In this document: positions 27,376 through 39,620 of the stretch, in pieces
How positions within the stretch are numbered: the stretch's first letter is position 1
How the letters are laid out: every line of letters begins with the position of its first letter
From: Lama glama
Lineage: Eukaryota
Direction of reading: 5' to 3'
NCBI GenBank assembly: GCA_028534125.1
Contig: CM052818.1
Span: 43,650,001-43,714,000, forward strand
DNA length: 64,000 nucleotides
Made by a program: the position numbers and the translations under genes
The notes under the pieces: model-generated
What the model was told of the DNA's origin: nothing
The model's input: only the letters and a program-made list of their open reading frames with translations
The model's database searches: none

Positions 27376-27888
27376 GTCCTACTTCCCATCTAATGATTCA
27401 CTGTCAGATTCCTCAAGAGGATGATGGGAAGACAGCAAGAGGGAGAAGAAAGAACCAAGAATTTGATGCACAAAAGAATAACTTCACCAAGATTCTGAAC
27501 TCATATTTCTTTTCTTGAAAATCGCTGTATTATGTGCTCCTTCAGAGTCAGAAAAATAAAAGTAGGTCTGAAAGATATTTTGAATATGTTTATCAACTTA
27601 TTAAACTGAAAGTCCCTAAAGCTTATGAGCTCTTGGGAGATACACAAAGCAAAAAGATGGCAGGGGCCACCTGAACACTAATCAGATTCCACCTGCAGCT
27701 CTGGGCACCGCACTTCAGTAGGGACAACATAAGATCATGACTTGTTCAGAAGTGCAACCACGATCATAATAATATTGAAAATAATTGCATGAGCTGTAAC
27801 CAGGATGTTAAAATGAGATTTTCATTCCATAAAAAGTGAAAAAGATACCTGAGCTTGGAGTCAAATTCTTGCTCTCCCTCTTGCTCAG

Positions 27889-28411
27889 TGTAGCAGACAC
27901 AGAGCTGCATCCCCAGGCCCCCCCTTCAGGCTGGTGCAGCCCACCTGTAGCTGCTGGGAGTACGTGAGCCATGCTCTCACTGTAGTTGGCCAACCCACAG
28001 ATACCAAGAGCCCACTGTGCTAAGACATTTCACGCAGGGGACTTGAGCATCTGCGGATTTTGGTGTCCTCGGGGATTGCGGAACCAATCCCCTGCAGATT
28101 CTGAGTGACATCTGTACCTGATATGTCTCATTAAGGTTGTCTTCTTCCAGGTCGATGGTGAGTTGGTGTGAGTATGTGTATGTCCAGCCCTTTTGCCTCA
28201 ATCTGAGACAACTATGAAAGACAACCATTCCAGCTCCAGATCTCCCTGTAGGACCAGTTGAAGTCTCAGTTAAAACCCCTGCGGGCCAACTTTTCCCTCT
28301 GTCCAATCCTATAGCCCTCTTTTATGTAGCTCCTAAGAAGACTCCCTGAGGAAGCCTCTGCACATGGCTGTCCGTCTCAGAGGTTCCCCCCAGGGAGCCG
28401 GATGTAAGACA
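27889..28411 (+). mobile_element. ERVL LTR (LTR16/LTR33-like), inserted in a MIR
   Basis: tgtagcagacac start; end ...gtccgtctcagaggttccccccagggagccggatgtaagaca; MIR sequence flanks both sides (about 27845 and 28412-28580). Confidence 0.7.
27983..28114. mobile_element. MER2-like Tigger MITE fragment nested in the LTR
   Basis: gggacttgagcatctgcggattttggtgtcc...ggaaccaatcccctgcagatt...ctg followed by TA. Confidence 0.8.
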
Positions 28412-29879
28412 CTAGATGCACATGATTTAACACGTCAGCATCTTAGTGCGTTAGTCTCCTCATCTATAAAATGGGAAATAAAATAGTTATTTGTAGGATT
28501 GAGTGAGAGAATTCATAAAAACAACAACAAAAACACATGGCATATAGTTGGTAATTACTCAATGCCTACATGTTTATTTAATTTTTAAATGCTTTACCAT
28601 ATACTAAATCACAATAATAAATTGAATAGTCCCGCTACAACTTTACATTTTATAGAACATTATAACTCCATGATCCCATTAAAAACACTAATGGCCTGTT
28701 GGGAGGATAGCAGACTTTTCAGTTATAAACTTACAGAGCGTTTCCTGTCTCTTCTCCAGCTGGAGATGAATCTTATTTCAAGACATCACTTGTGAGGTTA
28801 ACTGAAACTTTGTCATTGTTATTTGTTTCAAAGTTTGCATGTTCTACCTAAAGGCTGGTCTTCCTTGAATGAAGGGAAATAATTAGACATCTATTTCCCC
28901 ATAAGCTACTTTTTCTCACTTTTAGACATAGGGAACCAACCAAATTTCACATACAGATAAGCAGAAGGGAATGACTTTTTCTGGTGCTAGAATGCAGGAA
29001 GTGTAAGTGAAAAAGCCAAGAGCGTGGAAGGGAGTGTGAAAGAAAAAGCAGGAAGTGTGCAAATCAGAGGATAAAAGAGGAATCAGAAGAAAATGGGACC
29101 AATCAGGCTTTAAAATCAGCTATAAAACACAAGCTTATTGGTTTAACTGAGTTGTTTTTTGGGTTTTTTTTTTTTGGTTTTTTTTTTGCAAAGAGTTAAA
29201 ATGCAAAACTAGGATTAGCTATCAGAAGAAATAGGGAGTGCATTGTATGAGCTGGATGCCCATCAACAGCTAACTGAACAGGACGTTCCCGAAAACAGTG
29301 CGTGACACCTCCCTGCAGTTGCAGTCATGGTCTAAAGCACTCTGCTGGAAGGAATTAACATGGCCAAGGCCTCACAGCTAATAGAAGGCCGAGCCAGAGT
29401 TGAAATCCAGGCTCTGCTATTCCAAAGTCCTGCTCGATGCACCATACACCCCCTGGATTCATTGCATCAAATGTTCTTCCCTGCTGAACACGTTAGTGAG
29501 TCCAGGGTTTTATAGGGTACATAAATAAAGACAATGAACGTGAAGTGCCTAGCACGGTACCGGGAACACAGACACAGACCCAGGTGAGTGAGTGTTAAGT
29601 CTAAACGCATAATTGCAGCTAGCTTTCTCTCTGTCCTGGGCTGCTGATCTGCTGTTTACGCATTCTTAGGTAAGAAAAAGTTGAAGTGAACAGTGATTCT
29701 TGCGTGCACGCTGTGCAACATAGCACTGCAGTTTTAATTGTAATATAGATCACTCTGTTAGATGTGGCTTTGGGACAGCCTCGCTAGGCTAGATCTACAA
29801 GCTCCCAAAAGGCAAGGCTTTGTTTCTGCACTTCACAGGCTGCTTCCCCTTGGTGCCATCACAGAAAACACCAGATCCA

Positions 29880-30560
29880 GCAGAGAGCTTGTGAATTTGG
29901 AATCAGATGTGTCTGGGTTTGAGTTCCGGCTCCAAAGCGTATTCGTTGTACGGTTTCTCATCTTTCTGTGCTTCAGAGCTGCATATACAAATGGAAACCA
30001 CAATATCTGCTTCACGTAATTATTGTAAAATGCAGACTTGTCGACTGAAATAAATGCACGACCTTAAAGTTGAGAGTCATGTTTTATTCTTTGGACAATT
30101 CTGAGAGCTCAGCGCAGGATGGCAGCCTCTCAGATCGATTGCTCTGGGGGACTGCTCCGAAGAGGAAGGGGAGGAGCCAGGATGTAGAGGAGTTTTACAA
30201 CAAAGACCGTGTAGTTGGAACATTGAAAGATTACTTGTCAATTAAAGAAAGCCAGGCACCTCAAGTTAAAGAATTGAGCGCTTTTCTATGTATGGGAGGA
30301 AGCGAACATTTGGGCTCACTGAATTCATTCCTTTGACAAGCACCTAGCCATCTAGGGCCAGTATCCTGTCCTTTCTTGTTCTGAGTCCCCTCAGAGGGCA
30401 CCACTGTGAGTGGCTGCAGAGGTCGGGCTGCAGGCTTGTCCTCCCTGGGGGGTGGTGGCAGCGCTGATGACTTGATGGCTTCAGCATTCTTTGTTTACTG
30501 ATATGGCTTGCAGTATTTTTTGTTCACAGACTAAATAAAAGAAATAAGTGTAAATGTTCT
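29880..30560 (+). mobile_element. MIR split by the 30039-30528 LTR
   Basis: tttggaatcagatgtgtctgggtttgagttccggctcc... resumes as gactaaataaaagaaataagtgtaaa after the LTR. Confidence 0.65.
30039..30528 (-). mobile_element. ERV1 solo LTR (490 bp; resembles cetartiodactyl MER41-like LTRs)
   Basis: TG...CA termini, 4-bp TSD gact (30035-30038 and 30529-30532), minus-strand AATAAA near 30085; family name from memory only. Confidence 0.85.
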
Positions 30561-30585
30561 TTTCTCTTTTCCCATTTGATCTTTT

Positions 30586-30652
30586 ATACATATATATATA
30601 ATATGTATGTGCATACATATATACAATATATATACATATACCATATATATAC
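30586..30652. repeat. TA/CA-rich low-complexity tract
   Basis: Read directly. Confidence 0.8.
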
Positions 30653-30779
30653 TTAATAAAGATGAGTTTTCATCCCTTTGTAAGTAAAAATACAAAACTA
30701 TCAAACCATAAGCTTACATTTAAGTACATTTATTCAGTAAATGTGTAGAACCTGTGATTTTGAAGGCAATGGGTCACCA

Positions 30780-31355
30780 TGTTGCTGAAAGATCGGCCCC
30801 GTCCCTGACGAGCCAAATAACCCAGAGGCAAGGTCTTGGAGCTGAGATGAAAAGAGGCATTTTATTGCTTTGCCGGGCAAAGGGGACTCCCAGCAGGCCA
30901 GTGCCTTCAAAACTGTGCACCCACCTTGAGGATGGGGTGGGGTGGTCATACAGCCATAGCTCAAACAGTAAAGCTTCCATAACAGTCAACAGAATCACAT
31001 TCTCATCGGAAGACAGAATGGCGTCATGATGCCTCCAGGCGACCAGTTCTCTAGGGGCCAGCGGTTAGATCTCTTTAAGCCCTCAAGGTGTGGTCTTCTT
31101 GGTAATTCAGGCTATTTTCTAAGGTTGTAGTCCTGTGACCGTCTCCTTGGAGAAGGACTCAGAGACCAAGCATGATTATTACTTTCAATTACGGGAATAA
31201 AGTAGAAACAGTAAGATCAATAACTTCTGTTTTAACAGTGGGCCTGGAGCTGTGAGTAGCACCCGGTCAGACAGGTCAGTTGGCCATTTTAAGGGCAAGC
31301 CTAAAATTAAGCAATCTGTTAGCCTCAGTGCAGCCATTTTATTAATCCTCCTTCA
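30780..31355 (-). mobile_element. ERV1 solo LTR (576 bp), different family from its neighbour
   Basis: TG...CA termini, 4-bp TSD acca (30776-30779 and 31356-31359), minus-strand AATAAA near 30862, retained CpGs. Confidence 0.85.
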
Positions 31356-31672
31356 ACCATTTACTAAAAAGTCAATTTCCATCAATTTTATTGCAGGAAA
31401 TATTATTTATCTTACTGAAAGGGAATGAATGATTTTACCTATCTAAACCACAGAATCATAGCAATTGTCTTTCCTGATTGTCCTAAAGCCCAAGATGGGC
31501 TCATTGTTCTCAAAGCAACATGCATCCTTGCTTTTAACTGAAGGGAAATCTATGGCTCTTGACCGACCTCTGAATTGAAATCTCTAACAATCACCTAAAG
31601 CATCACACTTGGTGCTAAGATTTTCTGGCAACTTTTTTCCCCTCCGCAGTTCAGCAAAACGTATGTGGAAAC

Positions 31673-31675
31673 TAT

Positions 31676-31722
<47 letters not shown>

Positions 31723-31740
31723 CTTACTTACTTACTTATG
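31673..31740. repeat. Compound (TTTA)n(CTTA)n microsatellite
   Basis: Read directly. Confidence 0.95.
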
Positions 31741-32287
31741 TATTCCTTTCTCCTGAAATATTAGACACTACTCTCATTATACCAAATATATCTTCTAATA
31801 GCTGTCTATCCCCCTCCTCCAGTCACTGGATGAAAAAAGAAAACACTTTTAAATGGAAACAAGGGTGAGGGGATTATCTGCTTTCATGAAAACTACCAGA
31901 ACTGTAGTCCCTACTGTAAAAACATCTTGCATTCGTTATTTGTAATTTGCCCCCAGAGTTCTTTAATTTTCTCTTTGTGTTTGAAGGAATCCTGTGCTCT
32001 TTTCAGCTCAAGTAGAATTAAAACCATACCCAGTACTTCAAATATAGACATTAAGATTTCAGTGGTTTCTAGAGGAAGGGAAAAAAACAAAAACAAAACC
32101 GCAGCAGTGTCAAAAATGCCGTGGGGCCTCACACTTGTCTACTCTGTGATTCAGCAAGTGCTCTAGGCTAGTGCAGATTGGAAACTGGATTGCTCAAAAC
32201 CAGAACCCAAGCTGGTGTTTGCTGCAGACCTGCTGGCCTTCCTTCACAGCTCAGGATGCTTGCTACCCACCCACCAAACATTAACAG

Positions 32288-34101
32288 AAAGACCTATACA
32301 ACACTGATGAAAGAATTTGAAAATGAGACAAAGAAATTGAAAAATACTCTGTGCACTTGGATAGGAAGAATTAATATTGTTAAAATGGACATACTACCCA
32401 AAGCAATCTACAGATTTAATGCAATCTCTATCAAAATACCCATGACATTCTTCACAGAACTAGAACAAATAATCCTAAAATTTGTATGGAATCTCCAAAG
32501 ACCCTGAATTGCCAAAGCCATCTCGGGGAAGAGGAGCAAAGCTTCAGGCATCTCAGCCCCTGACTTCAGGCTATACTACAAAGCTTCAATAACGAAAACA
32601 GCATGGTATCGGCACGAAAACAGACACGTGGGTCGCAACAGAGGCCCTGAAATAAACCCATGCACTTATGGTTAATTAATCTATGACAAAGGAGGCAAGA
32701 ATATACAGTGAAGGAAAGACAGTCTCTTCAACAAGTACTGCTGGGACAACTGGGCAGCTTCTTGTAAAAGAATGAGGTGAGAACATTTCCTCACACCGTA
32801 TAAAAATAAACGCAAAGTGAATTAAACATGTAAATATAAGACCCGAAACCATGAAACTCCTAAAAGAGGACATAGGCAGAACGCTCTTTGACATATATTG
32901 TAACAGTATTTTTTGAATCTATCTCCTGAAGCGAAGGAAATATAAGCAAAAATTTTAAAATAGGACTTAATCCAACTTAAAAGCTTTTGCACAACAAAAA
33001 AAACCTTCGACAAAACAGAAAGACAGCCTCCTGAATGGAAGAAAATACCTGTAAATGACATGACTGATAAGGGGTTAATCTAGGATATATAAACAGTTCA
33101 TACAAATCAATATAAAAAATCCAATTAAAAAATGGGGAGAAGACCTGAATAGACATTTTTCCAAAAAAGACATACAGATGTCCAAAAAGGCACATGAAAA
33201 ATGCTCAGCATTGCTAATCATCAGAGAAATACAATCAAACCCACAATGAGAATAACCTCACACCTGTCACACTGGCTATCATCAAGAAGGTCACAAATAA
33301 CAAACGTAGCTGAAGATGTGGAGAAAAGGCAACCCTAGCACGCTTTTGGTGGAGTTGCAAATTGGTGCAGCCATTATGAAAAGCAGTATGGAGTTTCCTC
33401 AAGAAACTAAAAATAGAATTAATAAATGGTCCAGCAATTCCACTGATGTGTATATACCCAAGAAAATGAAAACACTAATTTGAGAAGATACATGTACCTC
33501 AGTGTTCATAGCAGCATTGTTTACAATATCTAAAACCTGGAAGCAATCTAAGTGACCAAAAACAGATGAATAAAAAGAAGATGTTATACACACACACACA
33601 CACACACGTATAAGTACATGTGTATACACACACACACATATACACACACAGTGGAATATTACTCAGCTGTAAACAAATGAAATTCTGCCACTTGCAACAA
33701 TGTGGATGGACCTGAGGCATATTATGCATGTGAAAGAAAAAGAAAGACAAATACTCTGTGTTATCACTTATATGTGGAATCTTAAAAAGTGAAACAAAGG
33801 AGTGTACATAATGAACATCAGAAACAGACTCACAGATATAGAGAATAAACTAGTGGTTACTAGTGAGGACATGGAAGTGGGGAGCGACAAGACGGGTACA
33901 GGACTGGAGCATAAACTACTATGTATAAAATAAATCATAAGGCTATGTTGTACATTCCCCTATGGGTAAATACAGCCATTATTTTGTACTAACTTTAATT
34001 TGAGTATAATCTATAAAAATATTGAATCACTGTGTTGTATACCTGAAACTAAAATAATATTCTAAATCAACTCTACTTCAATTAAAAATTTAAAAAACAA
34101 A
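32288..34101 (+). mobile_element. 5'-truncated L1 (ORF2 C-terminal part plus 3' UTR) with perfect 13-bp TSD
   Basis: Peptide [36 protein letters not shown] is L1 ORF2; stops and frameshifts downstream; A-rich tail; TSD caaacattaacag at 32275-32287 and 34102-34114; (CA)n at about 33587-33650. Confidence 0.97.
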
Positions 34102-34689
34102 CAAACATTAACAGTGGTAGAACATGCAGGCAGCTAACTGCCCAATTTCTGGAAAGGACGCAGAGCACGGAGTAGGTGATGGGGCTGTAAACAGTGCAAA
34201 TGCAAGGCCACTTCGCAGAGAAACCCCACTCTTTTGCTCTAAAAACTGGATGGCACATGAATTTGTAATTGTGTGACTATCTCAAGCTGTGTTTGTTCTA
34301 TCTCACATTTAATTTATAGTCGGGATGTCGAATGTCAGGTTGGAATGTTTTTTCCCTTGTCAGAGATAGGAGGCTTTCTGTTTCTGGTTTTCAGCCATGC
34401 TGATGGGAAGGCACTTCGTTTCTGATGCTTGTTATTTCGTTCGAGGCACTTTCTTCCCTCCCTCTAGAATTTTAGGGCTGCCTCATTTCTCCTGTTGTTC
34501 TACGATTTCACAATTTTTTTTTTTTTTGCCTCAGTATGGTCCTAACTTCGTATCTGGGGCTAAGCACCAGCTATTCATTCCCATGTGAAATTGTCAGGCA
34601 GTAGTCCTTTGATAATTTCTTCCCTGTCTTTCTAATAATTCAGAGGCCAGAACTCCTGTGCTCACCCTCTCACTTCTCACTTCTTTCTC

Positions 34690-35465
34690 CTACTCCATTG
34701 CTTCCTTTTTGTGTTCCAGTTTTTGGAGATTTACTTATCTTTATCTACTTATCTTACATATACTGGGCGAATTTTCTTAAATCCATATTCTTTTTAAGTT
34801 TTGAATTGTCATTTTCATTTCACGTAGTTCTTGCTTCATCGATACAATATGTTCTCTCCTGTCTCTGAGCGAATTACTACTTGATCGTGGGGGTTTTTTG
34901 GTCTGTTTTTTTGTTTGTTTGCTTTTGTTCTTGTTTTATTTTGTTTTTGAAGTATTCTTTCTATATCTTTTCTCTGTTTTTTCTTTTTAAATATTGACCT
35001 TTTTATATAACATTTTTTTGGATCTTCTGAAATAGATACATTACTGCCATGTTTGATCATCCTCATATGTCTGCTTATGTTTACAAATAGGAAATCAGAA
35101 AGCTAACTTAAGGGAATACTATACAGCAGTTAAAATGAATGAGCTACTAAAACATGTGGCAACAGAGATCAGTCTCACAAATGTATTACTGAACCAATGA
35201 AGCCAGGCTAAAAGAATATGTATCATGTGATCTCATATGTATGCATTTCAGTCAGGCAAACCTCATCTATGTTGTTAGAAATCAGGAGAGTGGTTATCTT
35301 GGAGGAACTGTGGTTGGAGGAGGACCCAGGGTGGCTCAAGGGTACTGGTAATATGTTATTTCCTGACCTAGGTACAATTTATCAAAATGTGTTTACTTTT
35401 TGATAATTCATCATACATAACCCTGTGCATTTGGGGGTATATGTTATATTTTTTAAAACTATTTT
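34690..35465. mobile_element. Ancient L1M fragments (antisense piece, then sense 3' UTR from about 35105)
   Basis: ggaatactatacagcagttaaaatgaatgagctact...tgttagaaatcaggagagtggttatcttgg. Confidence 0.7.
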
Positions 35466-35889
35466 AAAATTCTTATTAGAACAATCCTTACACAATTTTC
35501 TTAAATGCACTATAAGCTCTTTGTGTGAGAAAGTGGAACATTAATTTAAAAGCACAGGTCTTTACTGTAGGATCATCTGCCTGAGTGTATCCTTTTAAAA
35601 ATAACAATAATATTAGTATCTTTTATTCTTTCCTACTGGACTTCTTTTCTAGGAAAGACTATTTTCATTTCCCCATTGAAGGGCTGAGCTTTATCTATCA
35701 CACTCAAGAAGTTGAGTAGAGAAGGTGGTTCTTTTTGTTCATCTCCCCCCATCAAGTATGAAAGCACTATGTTCACCATATCCATGGGCTTTTAAAAAAT
35801 TAATAACATGTTTATTAAGATATAATTCACATCATAATATTCACTCTTTTAAAATATATAATCCAGTGGTTTTATATTTATCAATTTGA

Positions 35890-35990
35890 CCAATTATCAC
35901 AATCCTGTAAGGTAAGTATTAATATCACCTCCACTTTACAGGTGATGAAACCAAGGCCAAGAAAGGTTAAATGATGTCCCCAAGGCCTGA
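35890..35990 (-). mobile_element. MIR fragment
   Basis: ccactttacaggtgatgaaaccaaggccaagaaaggttaaatgatgtccccaagg. Confidence 0.75.
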
Positions 35991-36574
35991 ATGAGATCAT
36001 AAATATAAATTACCACACAGGATACATTGAATAAAATAGTTAATAAATAGGAATTATCTTTTCCCCTTATTAAGTAATGAACAGACAATCTGGAGACTGT
36101 CATAATATATCACTCATTGCATCACAGAACATTGCCTTAGTCACTGTTCAGTCCCAGGCACCAGTGAAATGTCAAGTTTACAGTGATGATTAATTATTGC
36201 CCTCGCCCTCAAAAACACTCACAAATGCCTGAGAAACAGGAATGCGACTTATCTGTAACCAGCACAAAGTGTGAGTTAAAAAAAGCAATTTGGAACCAAT
36301 TTTTCAGCACAAAGTCATTATTTAAAAATTACTCTCTTAAGCATGTTGTAAACACATGAAAGGAGCAGAGCGCTGATTGCTCATGGAGCTTCAATGGGAG
36401 ACACAGAATATAACCGCGCATTCTAATTTATCATATGTGGTTTCTACGGGAAACAGGAACCCAGTTAAAAACAAATCACCTGCAGCAGGGGTAGTCCAAG
36501 AAGGCTGGAATTAGCACTGAAAGGAATTTAGAAGCTTAGAGGAGCAAAGAGGACACTCAAGATACAGATGTACT

Positions 36575-37330
36575 TAATTTTATTCATTGAGTCGTATCAC
36601 ACATATTTATTAAGCATATAAAACATGCTGGCACAAGGAAACCACAAGCAGTTCAAAGACGAATAAGATAGAATTTCTACGCGAGAAGACCTCACTGTCT
36701 ATCCAACAGGAGAGAAATAATTACACAGACTCAGCCTAGAGTCACAAATTGTCCGCAAGTGTGTCCACGCAGAGAGCAGTCCAGAGGGCTCCTTGTGGGA
36801 ATTGGGTCTTCCAGAAGGGTATCGTACAAAGAATGGGGCAGCAATATAGAAAATAATGGCTCTTTGGGAAGCCTCAGAAGCCAAACTTAGCAGAGACAGG
36901 TGCCAATACAAAATCAACCAAGTAGAAGCAGAGGCAAAAGCAGAAACGGGCTGAGACAGGACTCAAAGGGAGCATGTTGAGAACAAAGTGAGGGAGCCCT
37001 GGGGGATTCCTGCAGAAGGAGCGGGAGAGGCCAGGCTGCTGCTGTTGACTGACGGGCTGTGGGGGGTGGGCAATCAGCCTGCCCGCAAGGATAGCCCCAG
37101 GACAGGTCAGTGCTGTTTGTCAGAGTGGTGGGAAAAGCCTCCCGGGGAGATGGTACTGGTCTTTGACAGCTGGGTGGGTTTCTCCTGGTGGAAGAGGTGG
37201 GGCAGGAAAGGTCACTGAATGCAGAGGGCACAGCAGGAGCAAGGCTCGGGGGCATGGGGGTGCACGGCCACGTGGGGTGTTCAGGGAACAATAGTACCCT
37301 CTGGCATTTTTAGCACATCACATGAGTGGA
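36575..37330 (-). mobile_element. L2 3' region, antisense, decayed
   Basis: ttattcatt...acatatttattaagcat...gaataagatag and gcagagggcacagcaggagcaaggc. Confidence 0.6.
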
Positions 37331-37540
37331 AAGAAACGGTGGGAGATGACCCTCACAGAGAACTTCAGAGAACTAATTAGATGTGAAGGGGGAAAGGAGC
37401 TTCGGTGCAGAAATAGTGTAAGTTTTTTCTTAGTTTTCAAGTTATGCTTATATTCCCTCTAGGTCCAAGTAAGATGAAGCTTTATTCATTTTGGCAAATT
37501 GGATGAGCTTCATTTTCTCAAAAGGGAGGTTCCCCAGTGC

Positions 37541-37683
37541 TGTGGTGGTTAGTTTTGTGTGTCAGTTTGACTGCACCACAGGATGCCCAGAGAGTTGGTC
37601 AAACATTATTCTGGATGTTTCTGTGAGGGTGTCTTTGGATGAGATTCACATTTAAATCAGGAGACTGATTAAAACAGATTTTA
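37541..37683 (+). mobile_element. MLT2 LTR 5' part, cut by the assembly gap
   Basis: tgtggtggttagttttgtgtgtcagtttgactg...ggtcaaacattattctggatgtttctgtgagggtg. Confidence 0.88.
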
Positions 37684-38183
37684 NNNNNNNNNNNNNNNNN
37701 NNNNNNNNNNNNNNNNNNNNNNNNNNNNNNNNNNNNNNNNNNNNNNNNNNNNNNNNNNNNNNNNNNNNNNNNNNNNNNNNNNNNNNNNNNNNNNNNNNNN
37801 NNNNNNNNNNNNNNNNNNNNNNNNNNNNNNNNNNNNNNNNNNNNNNNNNNNNNNNNNNNNNNNNNNNNNNNNNNNNNNNNNNNNNNNNNNNNNNNNNNNN
37901 NNNNNNNNNNNNNNNNNNNNNNNNNNNNNNNNNNNNNNNNNNNNNNNNNNNNNNNNNNNNNNNNNNNNNNNNNNNNNNNNNNNNNNNNNNNNNNNNNNNN
38001 NNNNNNNNNNNNNNNNNNNNNNNNNNNNNNNNNNNNNNNNNNNNNNNNNNNNNNNNNNNNNNNNNNNNNNNNNNNNNNNNNNNNNNNNNNNNNNNNNNNN
38101 NNNNNNNNNNNNNNNNNNNNNNNNNNNNNNNNNNNNNNNNNNNNNNNNNNNNNNNNNNNNNNNNNNNNNNNNNNNNNNNNNNN
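37684..38183. other. Assembly gap, 500 N
   Basis: Run of exactly 500 N. Confidence 0.99.
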
Positions 38184-39174
38184 TGCCTTCTTCTGTTTAG
38201 TCCCTGGAGCTCAGTGGCTTTGTGCAAAAATTACCATTTGCTCAAAATACCCAAAGTCCCTCATGCTGTATTAAGCAGAGCTCTCAAAAATTCTGGGTTC
38301 TAAAAGAACAGTTAGCTGTCACAAGACCACATGAATCAGAAATCCTTAGGTTCAAAGGCTGACTATGAAATTATTAAGGCTTTTTCTTGCATTTGAAAAG
38401 GAATTTGTGCTTTCTGATTCAGATTTCTAACCTGAATGGAGATTCCAGGAATTCATTCAGTCTGTAAGTTGTGATTGTCAATTAACGAACAAGTTGGCAT
38501 TATAGAAGTGTCTTTTCTATAGTTAACGTTTCTCTCTTAAAACAACAAAAAACACGCATATGCTCTATTATCCGTCAGCTGTCATTGCTGTGACTGACAG
38601 TATACTTCCCTGCAGATCACTAATATTTCATTTTTTAATGGGATAAGAAAACTTTTTCGGAATCTTGCATTATCACTAATAGATTTGATTTAGTGTCTTG
38701 GAGAAACAGCTTTGTATTTGTCTTTATTTTTGTCTTTCACAAGTTGAGGAAATTCTGGGAAATGAGACATACTTCCCCCAGAACACCCAGAAACAATAGC
38801 ATGAGGCCATATCTGATGATCCCCAGCTTCAGTACTCAGGGTGCTTGGAGGAAGAGACCGAGCCCTGGATACATGCATGCGCATCCGTGTCGATCAGGTG
38901 GTAACAGGGCTGCGTCAGCCCCGTGAAGGGAAACCAGCTCCCAAGGAATTACTGACAAGTTACTATTTTATGTTTATTACATTTTCACCCTTGAAGGCGA
39001 GAGAGAGAAAATATTTATGCTAGAGAGGAGACAGGATTTCTTTGATTAGCATCAGAAGAGACAAAGAGGAAAAGAACATTTCTTGAAGCTTTTGCCACAA
39101 TAAAGAAGCAGAAGTATGTGTATGCATTGAGAAATTAATTTTCACTCTCTGTTTTCTGCAAAAGTGGCATGATG

Positions 39175-39380
39175 CACATGGGAAAGAAGAAAACCCTGCT
39201 GTTCGCTACAATATGCGTGGGCCTTGAGGGCAGTTTTCCCAAGTGAAATAAGTCAGAAAGAGAAAAGACAAGTACTGTGATGTCACTTATCCATGGAATC
39301 TTAAAAAAAAAAAAAAAAAGAAGCCAGACTTGTAGGAACAGAGACGACTGTCTGGGGCAAGGGATGGGGGAGGGGAGGGT
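39175..39380 (+). mobile_element. L1 3' UTR fragment
   Basis: aagtgaaataagtcagaaagagaaaagacaagtactgtgatgtcacttatccatggaatcttaaaaaa followed by a G-rich tract. Confidence 0.85.
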
Positions 39381-39469
39381 CCAAATCATCAGGCTGGAAG
39401 GGAGCTGAGCAAAGCTCGGCTCTCGCGGCTTGTGTGTTACACCGCCACAAGTACTTTGGGGACGTTGTC

Positions 39470-39620
39470 TGGTTACCTCATAACAGTGCGTGAAATGGGT
39501 GGGAAGTTTTAATCCTCATTACACAAGTGAAAAAGTGAGTCTCAGGAGAGGAGAGGTAGTGGTTTTCAAGTACTACACGGTTACAAAGAAGGAGCCAGAT
39601 CTCAAAATCCTACAAAAATG
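39470..39620 (-). mobile_element. MIR fragment
   Basis: cctcataacag...cctcattacacaagtgaaaaagtgagtctcagg. Confidence 0.55.

Noticed and set aside
9811..29676. Recursive-splice-like YAG|GTRAG sites at about 9820, 27163 and 29669
   Set aside because: A 7-mer of this degeneracy is expected several times per strand in 64 kb; pyrimidine tracts are short and no host intron is established
30039..31355. Two adjacent LTRs as one collapsed provirus
   Set aside because: Sequences are unrelated, each has its own TSD, and no primer-binding site or internal ERV sequence lies between them
32178..33195. ORFs with real protein similarity (also 24930-25661 and 49343-50734)
   Set aside because: Fragments of retrotransposon L1 ORF2 or their antisense frames, interrupted by stops and frameshifts; not host genes
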